A DNA stretch of 64,000 bases from Octopus sinensis. Taxonomy: Eukaryota. Shown here in pieces: positions 11,414 to 23,073 of this stretch. The translations under genes and the position numbers were made by a program. The notes beneath the pieces were generated by a model, which saw nothing but the letters and a program-made list of their open reading frames with translations, did not search any database and had not been told where the DNA came from. Positions within the stretch are counted from its first letter, which is position 1, and every line of letters begins with the position of its first letter. The DNA lies in the NCBI RefSeq assembly GCF_006345805.1, contig NC_042997.1, positions 126,046,001 to 126,110,000 of the forward strand. Direction: 5' to 3'.

Positions 11414-13387
11414 CTGTAAACAGAGAAATATTAATACAGAGATAATACAGGATATGTTTCATCACAAGCTACAAATATAGAGTAAATAAGGGAGCCAATC
11501 CATTTCAACATTTATTTATTCTCTTTAACCCACTACAATTTGAACCAATTAAGATTGGAGCAATTAGTTAATCTAGTTATATTTAGCTTGCAGTTTACTT
11601 TTAATTACTCTTACACAGGGTTTATTCTTCTCATATCTAACTTCATAATAAATTCCTCCAAGTACTACTACATCTCAGTTTCAAGATATCAGAACTGTTA
11701 AATCTAAAGCAACACCTACCACTGTGAGTCTAATCAGAAGCTATTAGTTAATTCAGTGTTATTCTGCACAACCATCCATTGAAATTGGTTATTTTCGTCA
11801 CAAACCAATGCACTGTAAAGGCTACCAGCCTTTCTTAGTCAATGATAGAATCTAGAATCCAAAAACTTGTATAATGCACCAATACTTTGACTGGCTTTGG
11901 TTAGTGGACTACAGCCATGCTGGCATACTACTGTCAAGGTGTTCATCATCATTATCATCGTTTAACGTCCGTTTTCCATGCTAGCATGGGTTGGACGGTT
12001 CAACTGGAGTCTGGGAAGCCAGGAGGCTGCGCCAGGCCCAGTCTGATCTGGCAGTGTTTCTACAGCTGGATGCCCTTCCTAACGCCAACCACTCCGAGAG
12101 TGTAGTGGGCGCTTTTTATGTGCCAGACGAGGCTGGCAACGGCCACAATCGGATGGTGCTTTTTTGTGCCACCGGCAACGGTCGGACTGTTCTCTTATGT
12201 GCCTCCGGCACTGGTATCTCGGCTACAATTTCCATTGATGTTGAAAGATTTCGATTTCAATTTTGATTTTGATTTTCACTTGCCTCAACAGGTCTTCACA
12301 AGTAGGGTTTGTGTCACAAGAAGGGACGGTCAGTTATAATCTATTGCCGAAGCACACAATGGCGCCTGGTGCAGTTCTTTGGCTTGCCAGCTACTGTCAA
12401 ACTGTCCAACTCATGCTAACATGCAAGATAGATGTTAAATGATAAGGATTCTCAAATGGTTAAACTTGGCACAAAAGGATATAATTCACACAAAAACCCA
12501 GAAAAAATTTCTACATAAATTCATAGTCAATCCCTTGCAATTCATACAAACATGATTGGATTATGTACAGGCTGCCTGCCAAATTTCATCAAAAGCACTA
12601 GCTGACCTGAGCCCAAACAATCACACAAAAGTATTTAACTTAAAACAACATAGATGCAAAGCAAAATTCTTAACTAAAAAATTATACACATTGTAGCAAG
12701 CCTGTATCTGTTTATCAAAAATCATTTCTCTTCAACTTAAAATAATATTTTTCAAATGTTTATTAGCAGTAAAATGCCAGTTACTGAAATACAGATTATT
12801 CTCTACTCTAGGCACAAGGCCCAGAATTTTTTGGGAGGGAGCCAGTCAATTAGATCAACTCCAGTATACAACTGGTACTTTATTGACCCTGAAAGGACGA
12901 AAGGCAAAGTTGACCTCATGAGAGTTTGAGCTCAGAACATAAAGACAATCGAAATACTGCTAAGCATTTCGCCCGGCATGCTAACGTTTCTGCCAGCTCG
13001 TCACCTTCGTTACTGAAATATGTATTTCTTTACTGCCCACCAGGGGCTAAACAGAGGGGGCAAACAAAGACAGACAAAGGAATTAAGTTGATTACATCGA
13101 CCTCAGTGTGTAAACTGATACTTATTTAATCAACCCTGAAAGAATGAAAGGCAAAGTCAACCTTGGCGGAATTTGAACTCAGGACATGCTAACGTTTCTG
13201 CCAGCTCGCCAATTTAGTTACTGAAATACATATTGCCACAGAACTATCATAGGAAAGAAAGGTAATGCTGATAAAACTTTTGACTATTACACAAGCAATA
13301 TTACAATACTGTAAAAATGTCCATTTTCAACCCTGATATGGAACTTGTGTATTGATATTTCAAAGATGTGAAATTTATATAACTTAC

Positions 13388-13483
13388 CTTTGATTATGAT
13401 TTTAAAAATTGAACTATCAAGAGAAGTTATTGCTTCATTCAATTCATTGTCACTTGTGAATCTTATCAGATCATTATCAGAGT
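13388..13483 (-). CDS. SQSTM1: SQSTM1 exon 2 (PB1 acidic OPCA motif)
   Basis: CTGCAG acceptor and GTAAGT donor, 96 nt. Translates DSDNDLIRFTSDNELNEAITSLDSSIFKIIIK, similar to human DEDGDLVAFSSDEEL...IFRIYIK. Confidence 0.96.
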
Positions 13484-14556
13484 CTGCAGAAAAAAATAAA
13501 GAAGTGAAATTTCATATATTTTAAACAATAGAATTAACATCCAACAGAAACTTTATATACATGTACGTGTGTGAATATATATAGCTAGGAAACCATTTCA
13601 CCAAGAGTTGTGTGAAATGACAATGTAAAATAATTAAAATATTAAATTATTCCATGAAACTGCTTAATTCATAATGAATACTTCATAAAATAAAATATTT
13701 TCCCACTGACTCCTAACAATTTCATTTAAGGAAAAAAAAAAAGCTAATGTAGGAACCACCTGCAAAGAGAAACTAGAACTATATTCTGCACAGGTTACTT
13801 ACCAAATTTCATCAGAAGCACTAGCTGACCTCAGCCCAAACTATCACGCAATAATATTCAACTTAAAATGACATGGTTGCACAGTGAAATTTTTAACTAC
13901 AAAATTATTCACACAAATCCTCATCAATAAATTCACAGTCACTTTGAAGATCTATAAACACACTTAGCTTAACTAGACATGGTGGAAGCTTGCAATATTG
14001 TTATTACTATATAGAATGGGCCGTTTTCTCAATATCAGCTAGCATTTGAAATTTGTTTTAAATGTGCAGCCACCCCCAATACTTTTTAACTGGTCAAGTT
14101 TAAAAAGAATTCCTTTGGTATTCTATACTGTAGAAAAATAAATCCATGATTATCTAAAACATCCCAACCCCCATTGGATACATTTTCTATAGAGATGACG
14201 TAAAAAATAAACTTTTTAGCAGTGAAATATATTTTATAAAAATCATTCGTCATAAATCTTCAAAATAATCCTTTCTGCAGCCATTCACAGTGATAAGATA
14301 TAAGAACCATGGGAAAAATATATAAATTTTGTCCTTCAATGCAGACAGAGGACAGCAAAGTTTCCAGAGAATATGGACAGGTCAGATATATATAGAGAAG
14401 TGGAGGGGAAGAGGGAGCTGTCATATAGAATTTTTCCACTCATTTGCCATAAGTTGCATTACTGAGGATACCTTGAGGAAAGGCATTAACATCACAACTT
14501 CAACACTAGTAAAGCTTTATACTTTGTAAAAAAAAATTTTTTAAACCAGCAGTTAA

Positions 14557-15807
14557 TCTCTATAAAGCTGAAATGTGAAAAAGTTTGTTTGTTTGGTTTT
14601 CGGATTGGAACGGGTTAAGGAAGTGAGTGGGCTAGGTTAGAAATCCCTATCTCAGAAGCTGTGGTTACTAGGGCAAAACCCCCCACATTTTGACAAGTGT
14701 TTGTCGTTTCTCTCTTTCGCATATCTGCCTGTCTTCCTCCGTCTCTCTCTCTCCTCCCTTCCCTTCACATTCTCTCTATAACGACGTTTGACAGCTTCCA
14801 CTCTCTTTCCCTCGCCACCTTCACCGGCCCTGTCACTCTTTCTCCTACCACCTCTCTCTCTTTGTACGTCTGTCTGCATTCATAGAGAGAAAGCGTTAAC
14901 AGCCGCAAAAGTTTCAATATTCCCGCTACAGGTCTTTTACAACGCTGAATTATTATCGTGCACCACCACCACACAATCATGAGAACAAACATTATGAATC
15001 ATATTTATTGGGTTAATTTCTGTGTGCGTGTGTATCTATATGTAATGCGTATATATGTACATATATATTTAATGCGTATGTATATATATATAACGGGAAG
15101 CTTTATGAAAATAGACAAAAGACGAAGGCAGGTGGAATACAAACAAACAATTATAGTGTGCATTATGTTGTCAGATTGAGCTGAAAATATGCACACCTAT
15201 GTTTCCTCAAATGAAAGGCGTGACCTCTAGGACAAAATTCCTCATCTTTTAAAACGTGGCCCGAGTAGACCCGAATGAAATCGGGTTATATTAACCAAAC
15301 AAGTAAAACAATGAAAAACTATGCCATTTTGATCCCAAGCAAGGCCGGGTAACTCTGTAAGTCTACTACATATTTGTGAAAAGGGCAGACGTCTCACAAG
15401 CAGTTATACAGGCAAAAGTGTTAGTAAATATGGTCGGATTGAGCTGAAAATTTGCACACTTATGTTAAAAGTCCTGGTGAGTTTGGTCAATTAAAAGGTG
15501 TGGCCCCTAGGGCAAAATTCCTCATCTTTTAAAGTGTGGATCACGTAGACCCGAATGAAATCGGGTTATAATACCGAGCAAGACCGGGTTTCTCTGCTAG
15601 GAAATCTAATTTTTTATAAATGGGAGAGAGAGAGCTAGAGAAAGATAAAGAGTAAGAGAAAGCGAGGGAGAGTCCGGAGAAAGGAAGAGTATGAGAGTGG
15701 GAAAATGAGAAAGAAGAGAGAAACAAAGAGGGAGAATGTGGCGATAAGAAACAGAAAGTAACAAACCACACACTCACCCGCGCGTAGAGCGGGTCACCTT
15801 AAGCTAG
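14557..15807 (+). mobile_element. Composite non-autonomous Helitron in SQSTM1 intron 1
   Basis: A|TC start, duplicated internal module, terminal hairpin CCCGCGCGTAGAGCGGG followed by CTAG|T. A second internal end has CTAG at 15597-15600. Confidence 0.65.
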
Positions 15808-16419
15808 TTGTCAATATATCTGGCCTAAAATAAAGCTGAATTGCACAATTCCCATAAATCTCTCGGTCAAAATACATTCATTCAGAATTACTAATAAACG
15901 CAATTAGCTAGCACTGATTTTATATTATATATATATAGTGACATTCATTAACAGTCCTATTCACAATATGCTGCGAGTCCCACTTGAGAAAAAAAACAAC
16001 AACATTGTTGCCATATCAACGATTAGTACACATATCCACAAGATCATGTTCACACACAAACAAACCAATCGAGGGAATAAATAATCGATGCCTTACATTT
16101 TGCAGAAAAGATGCATATCGACACTCCAGGTCTTTTTAACACATTGTATAAGAACAACTATGATCATTGACTTTTAGTCAAAACAGTGAAAATACTGGTT
16201 TTGATATAAAAACTAATAGCATCTTAAAAATAAACAACATTACAACCCCCACCCCCAAACAATTAAAAATAAGATAACTAAACGATATAAAGAAACCTCG
16301 GTCGATTATATTTTACTCTGAATTTAATTACAGAAAAACACTGACAAAATCTAAAGGTTTAGGTACTTTATTTAAATCTTCGACATTACCAGACATACAG
16401 GATGTTGATCCCATATCAG

Positions 16420-16422
<3 letters not shown>

Positions 16423-16472
<50 letters not shown>

Positions 16473-16799
16473 TATGTACATATATATATACACACACACA
16501 CATATGTACATATATATATACACACACACACATATGTACATATATATATATATACACACACATATGTACATATATATATATATACACACACACATGTACA
16601 TATATATATATATACACACACATATGTACATATATATATATATACACACACACATGTACATATATATATATATATATTACACACACACACACATGTATAA
16701 TATATATATATATATATACACACACACATGTAATATATATATATATATATAACACACACACACATGTACATATATATATATATATACACACACCACATG

Positions 16800-16831
<32 letters not shown>

Positions 16832-17131
16832 TGTACATATATATATATATATATTACACACACACACACATGTACATATATATATATATATATACACACA
16901 CACATGTACATATATATATATACACACACACACATGTACATATTATATATATACACACCACATGTATATATTATATATATACACACACACATTATATATA
17001 TATATATACACACACACATGTATATATATATATATACACACACACAATGTATATATATATATTATATATATATATTACACACACACACACATGTTATATA
17101 TATATATATTATATATATATACACACCACAC

Positions 17132-17175
<44 letters not shown>

Positions 17176-17176
17176 G

Positions 17177-17214
<38 letters not shown>

Positions 17215-17216
17215 TG

Positions 17217-17290
<74 letters not shown>

Positions 17291-17292
17291 TG

Positions 17293-17328
<36 letters not shown>

Positions 17329-17368
17329 TGTATATATATATATATACATATATATACACACACACATG

Positions 17369-17400
<32 letters not shown>

Positions 17401-17640
17401 TGTATATATTATATATATAACACACACACATGTATATATATATATATATACACACACACATGTATATATATATATATATACACACACACATGTATATATA
17501 TATATATATACACACACACATGTATATATATATATACACACACATATGTATATATATATATACACACACATGTATATATATATATATACACACACATGTA
17601 TATATATTATATATATACACACACATGTATATATTTATAC

Positions 17641-17673
<33 letters not shown>

Positions 17674-17690
17674 TTATGTATGTATATACA
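16423..17690. repeat. Compound (TA)n(CA)n-CATG minisatellite, about 1.27 kb, in SQSTM1 intron 1
   Basis: Dozens of variable-length units of the form CATG(TA)n(CA)n. All long YI/HT/CV ORFs here are artefacts. Confidence 0.97.
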
Positions 17691-18731
17691 TTTAGGTCAA
17701 ACAAAAGGGTCTGACCCGGTCATAAAAAAAAAAAAAAAAAAATAGTGTAATAAGTGTAAAACAACTTGCTCTAAACGAATATAACAAAAAAAAATGCGTG
17801 CTCGCGAAAGGGGAGGAGAGAACTCGGAAAATTCACAACGTGACTGTTCCGAAAGGGTCTGACCTATACCCAAGAAATGGACTTGCTGTTTGTACTCAAG
17901 AAATGTGCAACGCACATGTTATAATTATTTCTATAACATAATTATTTAAAAGTATGTTAAAGAGAATTTAATGACAAACTGTCTGCATAAAGAATTTTAA
18001 AAAATGAAAAAGAGTGGCATGTATATATCCAATGTGAGGCGTTCAACAAATCTGCATTCGAAATGACCTCGTTTATTAAAATCTAGTTTTGAAAATTCGT
18101 TAACAAAAAACACCCATTTGACGTTTTTAAAACCCTATAATTAAATCTCTCAACAATTCATTGACCCGAGTTTTTTAAAAATACATCAAGTAGTGTAGGT
18201 CATCAGAAAGATGGAGGGTGAAGCGGAAAACAAAACCGTTTTACGAAAACAAACATTCGGCTATGCTTGGACAGTTTTAGTCATGACGCAGTTTGTTTAG
18301 CCCGGGGTCAACCATTAAGAAGAACCTATGATCAAAGGCGGTTCAATCATGGCTATCCTGTATTTTGTGTGCCTTGGACTACATAGTCGAACGAGTCCTT
18401 CAACTTTTAAGAGAGCAGGATAGATTTGAGAGAAATTTGGTTGCTATGTTTAGCATATCGAGCGACCATGTTGCGGTTTCTGTTTTCAGTTTTAGCGTAT
18501 CACATGATATTATTATTATTTATGTTTCAGCTAATTTATATGGAGTAATAGAAAAAATAGGGACTTATTTAGCGGAGAAATTGATAAGTAAAGCTATGAA
18601 AACAAACGAAGATAATATTTAGAAGATGAAAAATATAACAGAAATCAATGGAAATTCTAAGAGAAAGAAGCCACCATATTGAAAACAGTTGTTAGAAATG
18701 GTAAAATAGCTGAGTATATTTTAGTTCTTAC

Positions 18732-18900
18732 CTTGCCAGTACAGAGTAAATTTGCCGTGAGAGAGACTCGGGAATACTTCACATACTTTCTTGAACAAGA
18801 GATCGAAGGTGAGCTGTTTAGGTACACTAAAACGACGAATCTCGTCGAAATTCTTTCCTTGGTCATCGGTAGATTTGTACGCTTTTATTGTCAACGACAT
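18732..18900 (-). CDS. SQSTM1: SQSTM1/p62 coding exon 1 (PB1 N-terminal half)
   Basis: Translates MSLTIKAYKSTDDQGKNFDEIRRFSVPKQLTFDLLFKKVCEVFPSLSHGKFTLYWQ, matching the p62 PB1 pattern SLTVKAY...EIRRF. 169 nt, GTAAGA donor, phase 1. Confidence 0.96.
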
Positions 18901-21404
18901 TTTGCGGTCGACTTTGTGGAGATATTATCAAGGGAATTACTGCTTACAGCAATGTGTATCTGATCGAATGCTCCGTTATTTTCAAACTGAGTCCAGAAAT
19001 GATTATGTGCAAACGTTAGTAGGTGTTGTTTATATAGCAACAATGACAACAGCAACAGAAGATTCTGGAGAACTGGTGACGTTTCTCTGCAATTTGCTAT
19101 ATCATTTCCAGCTCACGATCGGCTAAGATCGGCAATGATCGACGTCGATAGGTTAGCGAGGAAATACTATAAAACGAACTAGAAAAGTAAATAAATATTC
19201 GATTTAAAACGGAAAAGTTATCTTAAATTATTTAAAGTACATTTATTAAATTAATTTAGTCAGAAAAATATCAACATAAAATCATACTACAATAAAGCCA
19301 TTCCGTCAAAGGCCGTAGCATAACGTAAAATGCCGGAAATGAATTAAGCTGATTCATAAACAGGTTTTTTCTTGTTCTTGGTTTTTCCCAATAGTTGGTG
19401 ATGAAATATTTGTAAATTCAGTTGGTGATGAAATATTTGTAAATTCTGATCAAGATTTAACCTTTAATTATTCGAAGTTTCTCGAAATGTCTGGAATCTA
19501 TATTTTGACTTGATGGCCTCACCAAATTCTTAAACCACAATTATATTTCATTTCACAATTTTCTTTTAGAATTGGCAAACTGACCATTTTTATTATTGTT
19601 TTTCTCTAGATCAAATTAAATTCAATCTATTCACAAATCTCGCAGACATAAACAACTAGACATGACATGAATAAGCTAGAAGATTCCAGACATTTCGAGA
19701 AACGAAAATAAGTCCATTTTTTTTTCTTTTGGCCCAGATGGTTTTCACAGAAATAAACAAACATTAAAACCCTCTGAGTTTCTAGCTATACTTTTATGCC
19801 ATTACGAATAATGCGATTGTTCTAATAATGATTTCTTTATTTATAATAACCAAATGCTTCTGTGGTTTCATTGGGAAAGACATGTTAGGAAGATGGCTGT
19901 TTTAGAATATTTCTTTGGAAATATCACTAAACCAAGGATGGTGATAATAGTAAAACTGGTGTAAGGTATTGGTGGAACGGATGTGATGGTAGTGTTTATT
20001 GTATAAGTGGTGCGATGATGATGAAGGTGGGAAATTGGTGATAGACAAGTGTTATTGAAGAAGAGTTGGTCTTTGCCAAGGTGGGAAATTGGTGAGAGAC
20101 GTACAACAAATGTTATTTAAGAAGAGCTGGTCTTTCTCTTCTCTTTTCACATCGTCACATTTAAGATGCTTTATGAGATATAATTCAACCCCAGTACTTA
20201 ACAGGTACTTTGTTTTATCTTTCCTCCATCCACCTGAAGGATGAAATGTATCGTTGACTTCAGCTAAATTTGAACTCAGAACACTAGGAGTCGTAACTAA
20301 ATATCGATGCGTTAACGATTCTGCCAATTTACCCCCATAGTAATAGCAAAGGTAGGCTGTAACATTGTTATTAATGTCGGTGGTAGTGTTGATGATAGTG
20401 ATAGCACTTGCTAGTAGCGATGATGATAGTAGGGGAAATAATACTAGCAGTGGTAGTTATAATAATTACCACGTTAGTAGTGATGGTAGTAGTACTAGTG
20501 TTAATAGTAGTGGTAGTGATGATGTGATAGAAAGGCTATAAATGGTTAGTGGTTATGTGATAGAGCAGCGATGGCTATACTTAGTATTGGTCGTTGTGGT
20601 CATGTCTTAATAGTGATTATGTAATAGCAGATGTGGTAATGGTGAAACTAGTAGTGTTGGTGGTGTTAATGATAATAATAGTGGTGATATTAGTGGTAGT
20701 GATAGTATCGATGGTTGTGCTACCACTAATCTACTTCCAACGGAAAGTGTGTGATGTAGTGTTAAAACATTGGCTCGCAGTTATTTATCTTTCGAATTTA
20801 TTTGTTTCAGTAATTGGAGTGCGGACATGCTGGAGCGCCGCCTTGGAGAGTTTAATCGAGCAAATCGACCCTACTACTCATATTTGAAAGCATGGAACTT
20901 ATTCTTTCCGTCGGCTGAACCGCCAGGTTATGGAGACATAAACAAACCAACAACGGTTGTCAAGCACTAGTGGGGGCAAACACGGAATACACAAATAGTA
21001 GAAAACACTCGCCCAAGGTACCACACAGTGGGACTGAACCCCAGGTCACATGGTTAGGGAGCAAGATCCTTCACCACACAGACACTCCTGCTCCTATTAT
21101 TACACAGCTGTGCCATAAGTTTTTATTCAAACCATATAATGGCAGAAATCACATTTAAAATCTCCAGAGATAGTTGACATAAATAGAAAAATAATTATGG
21201 CAATAACAGAAGGAAAACTAACATTATTAGCTTTGTTTTCCCATAATGTGATTGGATGAAAAATGGGTAAAAATTCTAATATACGAGAAAGAAAACAAAT
21301 GTACAATTGAGAATTAGAGATTAATTAGTATATTGTCTCTATTTTAAAAAAAATATTGAAAAATCAATCTCATGTAGATTACATGGCTTCCTTAACAATG
21401 ATAA

Positions 21405-21406
21405 TG

Positions 21407-21472
<66 letters not shown>
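21405..21472. repeat. (AAT)n microsatellite
   Basis: Long perfect AAT run. Other microsatellites include (ATC)n at 32148-32265, (TA)n at 37525-37607 and (TAG)n at 61782-61812. Confidence 0.95.
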
Positions 21473-21790
21473 GCCTTGTGCTGAGAGGTATTCTTTGAGG
21501 TTTGAATAATTCACTTCTGGAAACATGAGTGTCGTTTAACATCCTCAAACAACCGTTATTCGAGGACCTTTTGAGCAGGATGGGTTACTCAACCTAAAGA
21601 AAATTCTAACTGGGCTCCACCTGCAAGGTCAGGCGCTGTTTATCTTGATATGAGATCACCATGTCGCGCACATATGGTTGTGATGCCTGATGTACCCTTA
21701 TCAGATGGGTAGTCATGATGGGTATTATTGGGCTTCCTATGTTTTACCCCGGTGTCACTTTGATGGCATGTGCTGCTCTCTCATTCAATA
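21472..21790. repeat. Unclassified interspersed repeat (family E), second copy at about 22675-23120
   Basis: Two diverged copies share GAGAGG.ATTCTT.G.GGTTT...CCACCTGCAAGGTCA...CTTTGATGGCATG and are flanked by (AAT)n. Confidence 0.7.
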
Positions 21791-21809
21791 ATGATAATAA
21801 TAATAATAA

Positions 21810-22465
21810 TAATAATAGTTTCAAATTCTGGCACAAGGCCTGCAGTTTCAGGGGTGGGGTTAAGTTGTTTACATTGACTCCAGTGTTCAACTGATACTTA
21901 TTTTATCAATCCCAAAAAGGATGAAAGGCAAAGTGGACTCCAGCAGGATTTAAATTCTGATAGTAAAGATGAATGATATTCTGTAGAGCATTTTGTTTGG
22001 TATGCTAACGATTCTGCCTGCTCACCACCTTAATAATAATAATGATCCTTTCCACTATAGGCACAAGACCTGAAATTTTGAGGTAGGGTGCAAGCCAATT
22101 ACATCGATGCCAATGTGTAACTAGTACTTAATTCATCAACCCTGGAAAGATGAAAGGCAAAGTTGACCTTGGCAGAATTTGAACTCAGAACAAAATGCTT
22201 AGTGGCATTTTGTCCAGCATGCTAACGATTCTGCCAGCTTGCTACCTTAATAATAATGATAATGATTTCAAATTTTACCATTTTGCGAGAGGGGACTTGT
22301 AAATTATATCAACCCCTGTGTTTCACTGGTTCTTAATTTATTGACCCTGAAAGGATGAAAAGCAAAGTTGATCTCGGCAGACTTTGAACTCAGAATGTGA
22401 ACGCAGATAAAATACCACTAAGCATTTCACCCAGTGTGTTAATGATTCTGCAAGCCCACCGCCAT
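21810..22465 (-). mobile_element. Array of three SINE family A copies separated by (AAT)n
   Basis: Three consecutive diverged copies in the same orientation with AATAAT spacers. Boundaries approximate. Confidence 0.75.
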
Positions 22466-22917
22466 AATAACAACAATAATAATAATATATGACTGGAAGT
22501 GTTATCATGTACACGGTTTTATCATTGTGTAAAAAGACAAGCTGCAGCAAATATTCTGCTCAATACCACAGATTTTCTTGTCACTTGTTTGACCTTAACC
22601 GGTTGAGCTTGTCCCTTGGTGGCTGACGATATGTGCATCTCTGATCATGAGCAGAAGTAGTGGAGGAGCATGATAGCCATGTGGTGAGAGGAATTCTTGG
22701 GGTTTAAAGTATTCACCTCTGGAAACATGGGTGTTTTGTTCAACATCCTTAAACAACCCTTATTCAGGGGCTTTTTGAGTGAGATGGGCCACTCATCCTG
22801 AAGAAAATTCTAACTGGGCCATACCTGCAAGGTCATGTGCTGTTTATCTTAACATGAAATCGCCATGTCGCACACAGGTAGTTATGATGGGTATATTGGG
22901 CTTCATATATTTGTACC

Positions 22918-23073
22918 CAGGGGTGGACTGAGCTGTCAGTCAATTGGGCACTGTCCAAGGGCCTGGAGTTCTGAGGGGCCCACACTCAACATGTTAACTC
23001 TACTGATATCAACACTAAGGGGCTCAGTAAACAATTATGCCTGAGGGCCCTTAATACTCTCAGTCCGCCCCTG
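22918..23073. mobile_element. hAT-type MITE (156 bp) nested in repeat family E
   Basis: TIRs CAGGGGTGGACTGAG / CTCAGTCCGCCCCTG and a perfect 8-bp TSD, TTTGTACC. Confidence 0.9.

Noticed and set aside
16328-17745. Many long ORFs (up to 304 aa) rich in Y/I/H/T/C/V
   Set aside because: They are translations of the (TA)n(CA)n minisatellite, which lacks stop codons in several frames; not genes.
19393-19453. C/D-box snoRNA-like pattern (GTGATGA...CTGA with short terminal stem)
   Set aside because: It arises from a perfect 27-bp tandem duplication, is short, has no recognisable rRNA guide, and is not in an intron I can support.
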